Shown: in pieces, positions 27,216 through 40,231 of the stretch
Position numbering within the stretch: the stretch's first letter is position 1
How the letters are laid out: each line of letters starts with the position of its first letter
DNA from: Antedon mediterranea
Lineage: Eukaryota > Animalia > Echinodermata
Length of the DNA stretch: 64,000 nucleotides
Direction: 5' to 3'
NCBI RefSeq assembly: GCF_964355755.1
Contig: NC_092679.1
Location: 12,197,432 to 12,261,431 of the forward strand
Notes under the pieces: generated by a model
What the model saw: the letters and a program-made list of their open reading frames with translations, nothing else
What the model was told of the DNA's origin: nothing
Database searches by the model: none
Made by a program: the position numbers and the translations under genes

Positions 27216-28669
27216 GAAAGTTGATACTGTTATTTTAACCTTTATTTATTCATAATGCAAATTTGATATTTGTATGTTCAATGAATCAAGAGATTACCAT
27301 GAAGTAAAAATAAATTTATAAATTCATGAAGTGAAACTTCCTATGGGGAAATGAGCTTGCATTCTGTATCTTTACTATTTTCATAATCGATAGTGGCTTG
27401 TATAATGTATTGATTACTTGAATCCTGCATAAATGTTGATGAATCTATAAAAACATTTACCGTATTTATCAAAGCGGGGCGTTTATTTGAATAAACACCG
27501 TACCCATAATATGTAGGGTTAAAGCCATTGGAATATTAATTTTTTTCTGCATTTAATAATTTCATAAAACAGGCATTTTAATTAATATGTGATGCATCTT
27601 AAAGATTTACATGTTCTATGTTTGAATAAATTTAAAATGGATCACGACATTTTACATTAAATGATGCATCAATTTGAAATATATTAATTGTCTACCTCTA
27701 GTATTAAAAATAAGTAGTAGTATTAGTAATAAAGTAATTAATTTGAAATTTTAAAACTAGGACAAGCTATCACTTTTGAGTATGTGTACTATATTTATTG
27801 GGCCATCTGTTGCATATGCATATAACAACATATTGCATTATTGTGCGGATGGGTATACACATGGGCATATACTGTATACTGTATATATATTCCATATGCA
27901 AATATATTGTCCCCCTGAAAATATATTTTTTAAATTGTTTTCTTGAGTATTCCATTGTCTCTTTATACAAGAAATCAGTTTTTTGGGGGTTTTTTTCTAT
28001 GGAACTGAATAACTCAATTTAAATTGCAAAATGCCTAATCAAAGTCTGGTTTTATAAATCTTTATTTTTCATAAAAGGGCAAAAATCTTGTTACACTGTT
28101 AGTAGTTTCAGGAAAAGTAGGATTCATTCAAAGTTCAAAGCCCCCCTGACTATTAGGATGGTGTTGGTTTAAACTATTTAACAATCTTTTTTATAAAGTG
28201 CATAACTTTTTACGCAAGTATATGCTTCTGATATAAAACATCACCTCTTACTTAGTAAGATATCTTTTGCATAAGGTAACATAATAGGTGGATACACAAA
28301 AAAACCAGATGTGAACTGGTTTGAAATACTAGTGATATACTTGATTGAAACTGTGATACATAAAATGGTTATTAATCAACAGAGGTTTAGACCTACTTAG
28401 GTTACACATTACAAATTGAGTGCAAACACAATCTACGAACACAGGATACATCAACATGAAACAGATGGAATGTTTTAGATGTATAAATAATTGTATGCAT
28501 TTTCAATACTAAAATGTAGCTCATATATTTCAGAATAAACTTGTATATCTAGGTTTAAAAAGAAATTAATTGATACAAGACAAAATTAAGTTTTCATAAA
28601 GGAAAGCTGATAAATCTTGTAATGCATTAGATAAATCCGATAAAATATTTGTTTAATCTGAAAGTCTAA

Positions 28670-28838
28670 AGCACTGTCTACACTATCAAACTTGATGTGA
28701 CAAAAAAATGTGATGTGTTCATATATGGACATGATGATGTCATATCACTACCATATTTGGGCTTATCACTATCATATTTTGGCACATCACAATTTTTTTG
28801 TCAAACTATTTTATCAAGATGGTATAGATAAGACAGAG
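28670..28838. mobile_element. Copy of the small Tourist-like MITE
   Basis: AGCACTGTCTACACTATCAAAC...TGTGATGTG...GGACATGATGATGTCATATCACTACCATATTTGGGC is shared with 19091-19219. Confidence 0.75.
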
Positions 28839-28912
28839 ATGATTCGATAAACAAATATAGCAAGATTTTGTAGCTTGAAGATTTTGTTACAGATAGTTTT
28901 AAAATAGCTTAA

Positions 28913-29159
28913 AGGACAACTTGAACGATTTTTACGATTTATTTACAGTGTTTACTAGAAATTTTTGTGATTTGCCAGACTTTGCCAGAAAACTAATTAC
29001 GTAAATTTTGCGATGCACCTGTGACATCACAGCAATTTACAGCGACGGCTGTACAGCGACCGCGTGCAGCGATATCCTTAATCTCGCGATGGTTCTGAAA
29101 TCAAATGTACATCCCTAATACGTTGTTAAATTAAATATGGTCCTCGGTCAAGTTGTCCT
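28913..29159. mobile_element. Kolobok-like MITE (second family)
   Basis: TTAA|AGGACAACTTGA...TCAAGTTGTCCT|TTAA. Confidence 0.8.
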
Positions 29160-30067
29160 TTAAAGTATTGCAGTAATATTACAGACAATTATGTTTACAT
29201 GGAATAAACAAATTGCAATTGCAAAAAGACCACTATGCAAAAAATCATTATTTTAATAATATAACAATTTTAACAATTTAATTGCAATTCAAAATATTGA
29301 GAAAACCTGTCTTTTGCCAATGAGTTAAGAATATCAATTTTCATCAATTTAATATTATAGATTAATAAATTAATCTTTATGTAGAAGGAATTAAGAAACA
29401 ATGGTAATTTGGTTGTCATGGATACAATATCAAACTTGACATGTTTTTTTATCGTAATAATAAACACGTCACGCTTCATTTGTTATTAATATTTAATGTT
29501 AAAAATTCAGTACTGAACTACATACGGTAGGCCTACAGGAATATACAGAATATTCTTTGCGTTGAGAGTTTCTGGTTAAAACTATGGGAGGTGTCACCAC
29601 AATAGTGATGAAACACATTGAATCACATAAAGCTTTTCCACCAATCACAAGAGTTATATGTACTGACATAAGATCTAAAAATGTAGGCTATATAATAACA
29701 ATTTGCAGAAATTTCAAGGTTTTATATACTTCATTCCAAATTATGCTCCAGAATTGTGTTAATTATTTTAGACCTAATAAACTAAAAGTAAGATTTTTAT
29801 CATTCTTTCTTTCTTGTAATATTCATACACAATGTAGGCCATTATGTATAGACATACTAATAGTTTGATTTCCTAAACAACTCTCAGACTTTACTAACCT
29901 ATGCTTACAACAGTTTGGTCTAATGATGAAACAAGGTTGTACTCTGCAATCACATCTCACAATGAATAGATATAGTACCCCCTTCGCACCAAAATTTATC
30001 AAAAGTAAGGGGTGGGCTTATACCAGAATTAGTATAGTAATATAGTGGTATACAGTTGAAACTCAAC

Positions 30068-30235
30068 ATTCTTTAAATTTCCTATTCTTTAAATTTCCTA
30101 TACTTTAAATTTCCTATTCTTTAAATTTCCTATTTAAATTTCCTATTCTTTAAATTTCCTATTTAGATTTCCTATTCTTTAAATGTCCTATTCTCTAATG
30201 TCCTCATTCTCTAAATGTCCTCATTCTAAATTTCA
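30068..30235. repeat. ~17-bp minisatellite
   Basis: Unit TTCTTTAAATTTCCTAT with decaying variants. Confidence 0.85.
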
Positions 30236-31438
30236 ATTTCATTTTTAAATGAATAGGAAATGTCCTATTCATTTAATATCTTTTTAAAGCATTTTTTATA
30301 TTAATACTAGTTTAGAGTATTGATTTTTAAATACTGTTTGGAAATAGAAAATGATTGTTATTTCGTGACAACAGAATAATTATGGCTTTCCATTCCACAT
30401 GTCAAATGTGTACTGTATACACTTTTTATCATCAGCAGATGTTCAAATTTCTATTATCATTTCCTGAATTAATATGGTAACATTCATTTTCGACTATTTG
30501 TTTTAATCTGAGTGTTTTATGAAATCACAATATTCTCCAGATTATTATGAATTTTGTTATAAATATTCTGGTCTTGTGCCTGTAATTGCTTTATAATAGA
30601 CTATAATCAACTGCATTAATATGCAACCCCTTTAAAAAAAATTATATCTAGACAATAATTGTAATTCATTTTCAATATTTTATTATTTGATAACCAGAAT
30701 ATCATTTCTATTTAATTGGTAGATTTTGTATCAAATTAGCATTGGTAATTAAAAAAAAAGTTTGATTGTAAATAGGAAGTTTAATGGTTCCATTGAACAA
30801 CAATTGTCCACAACAGTAGCACCTATGATACATAGTACAGTATGGTATCACAATCTAGTATCACAATTAGGCCTACTGTATTTAGTTTCATATTCATAAA
30901 ACAGACAAATTTCTTGTTTCTGCCTCAAAATAAAATATTTATTGTACGAGTACTTTCGACCATAGGTCATCATCAGGTATTGATAGAATATTGGTACGAA
31001 TACATATAGAAAAAGGTTTTTCATATTCATCACTATTGAAAATTATTATTATCAATCATGTTATGTATTATGCATTTCTTTTCTAAATTTAAATACAAAC
31101 AATTGTATAGTTTAATTTAATTATAATGTAGGTTTATTTGGGTATTTGAATTGTGTGTGTTTTAAGTATTTATAATAACAGTTGGTTTTGAAATCAGTAA
31201 TATTAATATGATTGCTGATAAGCTGCTTATACCAAAATAAATTGTAAACTACTATATATTTTATTATAAACATTGTGTAAATTATACAGTATATGTATGC
31301 AATTGAAAAAATTTTAAATGTTATTAATAAATTTATGTATTATATTTTTTATTCCGCAATAAATTTGATAATGTAACGTACAGTAGAACAATTACAGAAA
31401 AAGCAAATGTAGAATGAGTGGTGTTTTTTTCTATTTAA

Positions 31439-31951
31439 AGATGTATTGTCCCTTGAAACACAAAAAAAATGAAGGTCAAAATATTCTAAATTTAAAGTGG
31501 CCATATCAAAGTAATATTAAAGTTATTCACTTTAAGTCGAAAATTAGAGCCAAAAACAACAAGTTTACGTAATTAACAGGTAAATTAATTTGATTACAAA
31601 TCGTCGCGAGCGAAAGTAAACAAAGATTTCAAACTACGGGTATGCATTATGCCTGATGCTAATTAGGATTGTTTACAACTCGTCACGGTTGAGAAGAAGT
31701 TTTATGATTATGCATACAAAGTAGCCAAACAACCGCGTTGCATTATGAGATATGTTTTGATCGAAAACTTTGACTAATTCCAGTCAAAGTTATTTTTTGA
31801 ACAAAAAAACGTCTGTATTTCAGCTAAATTTTTTTTGGACTAATTTTTTGGTGAAAGTTAATAACTATTATGATACTTCAAAATGACCCACTTTTTTTCG
31901 AAATCTTTTTTTTGAAATTTTTTTGGAATTAGTCAAAGGGACAATACATCT
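31439..31951. mobile_element. Kolobok-like MITE
   Basis: TTAA|AGATGTATTGTCCC...GGGACAATACATCT|TTAA. Confidence 0.82.
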
Positions 31952-32919
31952 TTAAGACTCTCAATAGAAAACACTGTCATGAAGCACTGTTCACAAAATT
32001 GAAATGCATATGTTGAACATTTTCATTTCACACATTATCCCACACTTTTCACCCTTGATACCCGCATTGTCATTAAATGTAGAGTGGTTCAGGATCAAAC
32101 AACAGAGCTAAAGTCTTTACCAGAAGGTCCACTTTATAATGTTACAAAAAATATAACTATACTCACACCATGAGTTCCATGTTTGTAGATTCACTGATTT
32201 TGTAGTAATACAAAATCCTGACATCAGGCAGGATTTGAACCCACGTTCCTGAATTGCTTCTGAGAATTAACAGTATAGATCAACGATTATTAGTATTAGT
32301 AGTAGTATTATTAGTTAGTTGTCTAATATCAATCAATCAATATTTGCTTTAATTGTTAAAGTTGTGTATTAAAAATTCAATATATAAATTATACACTGTA
32401 AAGTCTTTATTGTTTTTTCTTGTTATATTGTATCATTACAATATATTTGAATTAAAGTGACAAAAAAAGGTCATAATAATAATATTAATATTGATTTAAA
32501 TCAACACTTTTTTAACAGAAGCACACATGCGTAGATGGTGCAGCCATACTAATTATAAAATGTTAACACAATTACTTGGAAACTATAAAAAAACAATAGA
32601 AAATACTAGTTTTGCAACAAAAATAGTAGTAGGTAAATTTATGGGCCCTTGACCTACTCCATAGGTCTGAACCAGGGAAAGATTAGTAGAAGCCACCTCT
32701 TACGACACTGATCTTTCGTTCGTTATGACAGCTCAAGGTACAATATTAGTGAACGACGCTTATGATACGAAAGTCATCAACGATTTTGACCTCTAACCAA
32801 TCAAATTTACTCCTGCATACCAGATGTTTGCCCAAATCGGTGACACTTCAGTTTCAAACTTTATTACTGACAGTTGCTTCTAAACGTTTGAATTAATTAA
32901 TAATTACAAAAAATATAAA

Positions 32920-33402
32920 CGTCGTAGTGCTGTAACATTACATGTACTTTACTATTTCAATCGACTATGACAATAACAGTTTCAACAAAGTATTAAATCG
33001 CAAATGTTTTACTGTGTTTAGTGGTATATTATTTATAAAACATGAAAACAAATATATTGTTACTGAGTGGATAAAGAATATAATTTGTTCCTCTTTGCAC
33101 CCATCCTCTTCCCCATTCCTCAACCCTAATGTTACATACAAAACACAAATTGGGTTTGTTTAAATTAGACTCAACAAATTTGGACTCATTTTGTGACAAG
33201 TTTCTCTTTTGGAAGTAATTCCCAGAGTGCTAATTTTAGTTGACTACATAAATCACCGTGTCTATTCCTTCCTGTAAACGACATGTATCATAGTCCTGCG
33301 GTACGTAAATTTGTAATCGCCAGTTTTTTTACGCTGAAATTACTGTGTATTCAAGAAACATCTGTGGGCACAACCTAGATGGTAAGCGAGCAAACCATCT
33401 AG
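32920..33402 (+). mobile_element. 5'-truncated, diverged Helitron family 2 copy
   Basis: Reverse complement of 35758-36550 without the LINE insert. It ends CTAGATGGTAAGCGAGCAAACCATCTAG|T. Confidence 0.78.
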
Positions 33403-33849
33403 TTCAACTAAATTCACCTCGCCAGCATGAGAAGGGCTGTGGCTCAACTAACGCATTTCTCACCGTTGTCAGCTCTTGTGTTTCACACAAACGTAAAAAA
33501 TACTGACATTTTCTATTTCAATACTAGTTTACACAATTCATTGCAGTAAGATCACGTTGAAGTTTGTGCAATTCAAAATACAATGTAACTTACTACAAAT
33601 TAAAAGGAAATGTTAAACATCGCTTCACCTGACCCACAAACCTTACACTTATTTTTTCCAAGTGGTAAAGTGTTTGAATGGAATTTAAATTTTAAACTTG
33701 AGCCATAAAAATAGGTAAGGTTCTAGGCCAGGTAACTCTTTTATCAAAGAATAATCAAGCAAAGATGATTTTCTTACTACTTCTTGTTTCCAAAAAGTAG
33801 TATATGATTGTTTAATTGTATTTTCAAATGGCTTGACCCAGTTTATATC

Positions 33850-35330
33850 AAACTCAGTACCTGCACATAATATATCATTAAGAATGGCATTGAAATCAAA
33901 CTAATATAATCACAAGTTTTTTCAAATTTCTTAATAAATTGGTACCTTGAATTATAATTCTTAAGTCTAATAATTGTATTTGATATGAGTTTTGGCCAAC
34001 AATTCATTTCCATACACATAATATTTCTTATATATTTTGCTTTAAAAATATCCTGGGTATACTTTAATTTGTTTGCCAACCTAGATCACCATTTTTTGCA
34101 GTGGGTCTACTCGCTTTAAGTATTGTTTGCACAATTTGTAATTGGTATGTTGTTAGTATTTGTATTACACATACAGCACATGCATAGTTAATAGTCGGAA
34201 GGCCGATCCTCCATATACAAACGATCAAAATTGTTGAGTCTATCTAAATCTAGTCTAGATTTAATGTACGCAATGATCCTATTACCCTTTTTGATAACTT
34301 GATTGAATGTGGAAATTGTCTTTTAGATTTCTAGAAATGTTTACACCAATTTACTTATTATATGTGTCAACTTCAGATATAAAAGTATCCCCCAATTTCC
34401 AAAGTTTTTCACTATTCAAATTCTGCCTATTATCAAAACATTTGACTTTTCACTATTAAAATTAAATTTCCATTTATTAGCAAATACGGATACTAAATCT
34501 AACATTTTATTAAATTCTTTTTCACTAACTGCTAAAAGTACGATATCGTCAGCCAAAAAAAATGCTACCCATGGAGATATCGTGTATGCGCACACCTAAC
34601 GCGTGTTCTCGTAATAAGTTAGTGAGTTTGTTCATTTTTTTGCAAAACAAGGATGGGGAAAAGACCCTTGCTTAACAACTTCTTCTATCGTATATTTTGG
34701 TGTATAAGTAGCATATTTGACACGCAAATTTAACCTCTAAATTAAGGGTGCATCTTACACCGAACATAAATGCTTCACCGCACAATTGTACACTGACACC
34801 TCGTTAGCTAGGCCTAAGGCTTTAAGGTAAGACACAAAAGACTGTGTCACCAAATCTTACTTGCCCCTTAACATTGTCATATAGGCTACTTATAATATTC
34901 CATAATCTACTACGAATTCATATATTCCATATTTCCATTAGCAATCCATACGCTATCAAATGCTTTTTTATGTCAAGGCATGCTAAGGAAGTCTTCTTGC
35001 CTTCAGCAAGTCAGAGCATTATTTTTTTCTAAGAAGTCGGAAACTGTGTAATGTACAACAACTCTATTTTTGAAACGCAAAGATGTTAAAGTTATTTAGT
35101 TAACACCCTTTTTATATATTGGTACAACAATGCTACTATTCCATTCCGACGGTACCTTTTCAAGACTCACAATTCTTTTGAATATGGATAAAATTAGTCT
35201 ATTTAAAATTGGCCCACCGTTTTTTAGTAATTTATTTGATAGATTGTCAGAGCCAGCAGATTTGTTGTTTTTTGATTAGTAGATAGCAGATTCCACTATA
35301 TCTAATGTGAGTTTAATGTCAACGACATAT
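33850..35330 (-). mobile_element. Degraded LINE reverse transcriptase remnant (RTE/RTE-X-like), interrupted
   Basis: The minus strand reads KNNKSAGSDNLSNKLLKNGG...VPSEWNSSIVVPIYKKG (about 35330-35105) and FLADDIVLLA...NKWKFNFNSEKSNVL (about 34560-34430), with stops and frameshifts. Lower boundary approximate. Confidence 0.75.
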
Positions 35331-35757
35331 ATATGCATCTTGGCATGACAAACAACATAAATTTTAAAGTTTTTAAGTAATGTGAACAAAAAAGTTTAGA
35401 TTCGTGAAAAAGCATGAGCCTCATGCCAAATCCTTGAGACGTGTATGAACAGTATTATAATCCCATGTCTAATCACTAAACCTCATGGAGACATTTTGTA
35501 CTATTATGTTTGGACCTATGACTAAATAGATTTATTTTACACTTACAGAAAATGACAGAAAATGTTTCAAATTTATCGATGTTCAATATTTTCATCTTCA
35601 CGGTCATCAATGAGTAGATTAATTATTGGTTCATCATTGATGTTTTAAATAATTGCTTTTTTGTCATTTTGATTGCTGTTGTCTTTTATGTCAACAATAG
35701 GGAATTCCCCTAAAACTAGTCAATACAAAGAGGGCAGCATTACTAAAATTGGGAAGA

Positions 35758-37465
35758 CTAGATGGTACGCTCACTTCGCTCGCGTACCATCTAGGTCGTG
35801 CCCACAGATGGTTCGCGAATACATAATAATTTCAGCGTTAAAAAACTGGCGATTTCAAATGTACGTACCGCAGGACAATAATACATGCCTACAGGAACGA
35901 ATAAATAGACACTGTGATTTATGTACTCAACTAAAATTAGCACCATGGGAATTACTTCCGAAAGAGAAATTAATTGTTTAAGTCAAATTTAAACAAACTT
36001 AATTTGTGTTTTGTATGTAACATTAGGGTTGAGGGATGGGGAAGAGGATGGGTGCAAAGAGGAACAATTTTTAAATATTATTCTTTATCCATTTAGTAAC
36101 GAAATATTAATTGAACTTATTCAACCTTATGTTCCTAAGCGGTCTCGGAGATCTAGATCTGAGTCTCTTCTTGCCCATATATTTCATCCTTCCACTAAGT
36201 TTTATGGAAATCGTTCATTTTCTTCGGCATCCGTTTCTCTATGGAATGCGTTGCCTATTGAAATCCGTCAGGCTACTTCCACCAGTGTCTTCAAATCTCT
36301 CCTCAAAACCCACTTTTTAATTTGTAAATTTCTAAATTGTTCTGTCTTTGTAAAGCGCATTGAGGCTTTCAGCATAATGCGCTATATCAAGTACCAGTTA
36401 TTATTATTATTATTATTATTGTTTTCATGTTTTACAAATAATATACCACTAAACACAGTAAAACATTGCGATGTAATACTTTGTTGAAACTATCACCGTC
36501 CTAGTCGATTGAAATAGTACAGTACATGTAACGATACATCACTACGACGTGTATATGTTTATATAATGTAAAACAATTTGTGAAAACCACCTCTATTCGG
36601 GAAAATCATAAATTCGATTTAATCGTCAATAAATATTAAATTATCTAACTCAACTTAATTAGTAGGCCTAATGGTTTTCAATTGTTTCTTAGAGCCAATT
36701 CATACTTAAGTTGGTTCCTACCCTACCCACCAAAGTTGTTCTGCGTTTAGGGCATGTGATGTACCGTAGGCCTATCCTCTACTGGTTTTACAACGCTACT
36801 CATGCCAGTGAGGGAAGGGTGATGATGTGGGTGGTTTAACTGCAATAATAAAGATTTTATACATAATATACAGCGAGTGAAAACGCTAGCTCTTTATCCG
36901 TTTAAAAAAAATTTATATCGAACCTCTGCAGCACAAATTGAAAAAAAAAATGGATCGAATATCTGTTATGAGTATACCGTACTTGCCTTTACGACGCCTG
37001 AGGAAATAGACACTTGTGGAACAGAGATTGGAATGTTCCATTCATCGCAAATCAATACATTTGTATAAACGTATATTAAATCTATCAAAATAGTATTTTT
37101 TAAAGAAAATCGGCCTGTCTTCAACATTATGATGCTGTACTCGAGCTGTTCAACCGGTTTTCAGCCATTAAAAACAATTATCGTAGGAGGAGATAGGAAA
37201 ATGCGAAGCATCCTCGTATATTATCGTCTGCGGGTATTTTTCAAGACGGACATCCATTAGACAGTGTATACCACGATCGAAAAACACCCCTATTTGGGGC
37301 AAATCGTTGAACCTAAATTCGTTTTAATCGTCAATAACTAATTATCGAACTCAATTTAATTAGTAAACAGGGTTACATCAGGCAACTTTATATACCATCG
37401 AGTAAACATTCTAGAAATAACGCGCGATTTACCGAATTTTGCCCTTACGTAAATTTATATATAGA
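35758..37465 (-). mobile_element. Non-autonomous Helitron, family 2 (full length, carries a LINE-tail insertion)
   Basis: The minus strand starts A|TCTATATATAAATTTACG at 37465 and ends with the hairpin GATGGTACGCGAGCGAAGTGAGCGTACCATC + TAG|T at 35758. Confidence 0.8.
36112..36420 (+). mobile_element. L2/CR1-group LINE 3' fragment inserted in the Helitron
   Basis: Translates as PYVPKRSRRS...YGNRSFSSASVSLWNALPIEIR...FKSLLKTH (typical ORF2 C-terminus), followed by the AAGCGCATT...AATGCGCTAT stem and a (TTA)n tail. It is absent from the sister copy at 32920-33402. Confidence 0.85.
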
Positions 37466-37610
37466 TATCAGCTCCTACTGTACAGGCCTCATCATATCTT
37501 GGGACGGTAAATTAATTGTCTTGTATAGGATACAAGATGCAATTTCAAAGGCCAAGTAATTCCAATGACCTTGTGACCATCTTGCTAGGATGTAGTTAAA
37601 TAATTCATTA

Positions 37611-38300
37611 TTTTTTACCTCCGCCAAGGAGGTATATTTAATCGGTAGCGTGTGTTTGTTTGTTTGTTTGTTTGTTTGTTAGCAGGATTACTCAAAAAGT
37701 AATTAAAAGATCTTTACCAAAATGAATAGACAGATAGATATGTGGTCAAGGACCATTCCATTAAATTTTTGGACCATTTGGGACCACAGTCCCAATTCTG
37801 GACCACTTTTTAGTATACTTTTTCAGACCTGCTAGTGTTAAAAGATAGGACAGAATTTTTCAAAAGCCGCAAGCAGTCTTAAAGTAACAAGTAAACTGAA
37901 ATTGCATTTTTTCAAGAACTACTTGTCCAAAAAACTTCATTTTTTAACAAGAGGCAAGAGTTATAATGTGTGATTTGTAATTTTAAAACATAATTTGATT
38001 TAATGTTCATGTCTTTTGATGCGAGTAGTTTAAAAAACTTATTTCTTTTCAAATTCACTCGTTTGATTTTCGCGTTGCTGTTCTATTGTTAGTCAACTGA
38101 AGCTATTGTTAATTGAAAGGCTTGTTACATAACCATTACACCAAACTCGCATACACATGCTTGTAATGAAATTAGCCTAAATCACAAACAGCATTAAGAC
38201 CCACACAAATATATATATATTTTTTTTTTACCGGAGAAATCTTATGTAGAAGAATTTTACAGTAGGCGGAGGTATCCACTCTCGGAGTGGCTTTCTAGTT
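37611..38300 (+). mobile_element. Helentron-associated non-autonomous element (HINE/DINE-like)
   Basis: T-run, ACCTCCGCC sub-TIR, (GTTT)n microsatellite, 3' GGCGGAGGT inverted partner, CACTC/GAGTG stem-loop and CTAGTT end. Confidence 0.78.
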
Positions 38301-38669
38301 ATTTAAGCAATACATTATTAAATCAACATATTTTTTAATTCAATTTTGTAATAATTTATTTTTATAAACACTTCCTATTTAAATTTCTTCTTAATTTGTT
38401 AGGGCTATGTATGACATTTATGCTTTCATTTTGTATATAATTCTATTTCCTGTGGTTTTGTTTGGAATTATATTTGTTCGATATTAGAAAACAATTGTCA
38501 GGAAAACTGATGTGTGAAAAAATTACTTTGGATTGCGTCCTTGTTTTGCATTTTCGTGAAATGAATCTTTATACAATAGCAGTCATGTTTTTAATAATCA
38601 ATTACTTATAATAATAATATATCGTTTCATTCATTTTACATAATATATGTTTTTTTTAATTATTCAAAG

Positions 38670-38996
38670 GTTATGGCAAAATCACACCAGCTTCTCGGTC
38701 GGGTCAACAGTTCTGCATTTGCTACGCCCTCATCGGTATTCCTCTTTGCGGCTTTGTCTTGGCTGCTCTGGGAGAACGAATCAAGAACCGTTCCTTGAAA
38801 TTTAAGGAGCATTGCCAGAAGAGGTTCAAGAAAGCAGATGTGTTCTATATGGCCATGATTTGCATCAGTGGGTTTTTCATATTCTTCCTGATTCCTTCGG
38901 TGGTATTTTCTTACTTTGAGGGATGGTCGTACCACATTTCCTTTTACTACACCTTCATTACTCTCAGTACCATAGGATTTGGTGATTATGTTGCAG
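38670..38996 (+). CDS. K2P channel 3' module B, first exon: P1 filter end, M2, M3, P2
   Basis: Acceptor ttattcaaag|GT TAT GGC AAA gives (G)YGKITPASRSGQQFCICYALIGIP...EGWSY...FITLSTIGFGDYVAG. Donor G|gtaat at 38997 (phase 1). Confidence 0.93.
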
Positions 38997-39427
38997 GTAA
39001 TAGTTTTTATTTTAACAATCTATAGAATACCACCATCTATTCATTCAATACTTATTTCCAATGTTGACTAAAGAAATACAATACATACTGTAAATAGAAA
39101 GGACATATTTTCCGAAGCCTGAATAATAAAATAAATATGGCATGGAACAGGCTAATATAAGGACAATAGAGTGGAAACTGTGTCCTGCCTAATATATTAT
39201 GGAAAATACTTGAAACTTCCAACACAATTGGTATAACATGGATGAGAATGGCACAAAACAATTGGAGTCAAATTGGAGAGGCCTTTTCACCCTGCAGCTT
39301 GTTGAAAATGGCTAGAAATGATAATGAAGATGATAATGACAATTTTTATTTTTTTATATTTATTTTTATTTTATTCAATCGAAACCAACAGCGATAATTA
39401 TCGCCACTAACAGGTTTGATACAAACA

Positions 39428-39704
39428 AAGCCAGGACTGTTTAAAGCACCTTGATTGGTCCTAACATTGATCAAGGGCTTCTCTTGTCCAGTGCCCACCT
39501 TGACCAGAGGTCTGAGGCAGATACTAGATGTAGGGGCTGCCATAATAGTCAGCAGTGCTGACTTCAAATGCCTAACGGGACCCCAGCTCCATATACAGCA
39601 CCCGTTATTCCCAGATGGTCTCCCATCCAAGCTCTAACCAGGCCCAACGTCGCTTAACCCCGGTGATCTGACGAGAACCGGTGTTTCAACGTGGTAAAGC
39701 CGTA
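39428..39704 (-). mobile_element. 5S rRNA-derived SINE, second full-length copy (in the K2P module B intron)
   Basis: Near-identical to 14537-14809 over both head and body. Confidence 0.9.
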
Positions 39705-39856
39705 TGACAATATTGACATCAAGCAATTATTTTATTGTACACAATATATAGACATATTTCTGTTGTATTTTTAAAAAGTGCATGTTTGTGTGGATTTAAT
39801 TTTACTATAGTTTTACTGTCAACATTTATATTGAAATGTTCATTGATTTTTTTCAG

Positions 39857-40230
39857 GATCTAATTCTGACAAAAACTACAATGTTTTTTACCGCATTGCC
39901 ATTTATGTTTGGATTCTCTTCGGCTTAGTTTACTTCATTCTCCTCCTTGGTCATGTTTCCGATTTGTTGTCAAGTGCCGGTAAAAAGGTAAAAAGGAAAA
40001 CGTTATCGATTCGAGGGGTTAAACAGAAACACAAAAAAAATGAGAATAGACAACCAACTAGACAAACAAATGAAGAAATCTCAGATGTTGAAGAAATGTC
40101 TCTACAACAAATTAATGAGAGTAATTTGAAGACGGAAGCAGAGATTAATAATTCTGAGAGTGACGTAGAGGTAAAATCTGAGAAATTACCTGAACAGGAA
40201 TATGATGCAGAAATGGAAATGGTTATTTAA
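39857..40230 (+). CDS. K2P channel 3' module B, last exon: M4 and acidic C-tail
   Basis: Acceptor ttttttcag|GA TCT AAT gives (G)SNSDKNYNVFYRIAIYVWILFGLVYFILLLGHVSDLLS..., open to TAA at 40228-40230. Phase matches the preceding exon. Confidence 0.92.
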
Positions 40231-40231
40231 A

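Noticed and set aside
35673-35981. ORF containing STIG as a possible P1 exon for K2P module B
   Set aside because: No WDF/pore-helix context and no donor after the Gly. Most of the ORF is a Helitron end.
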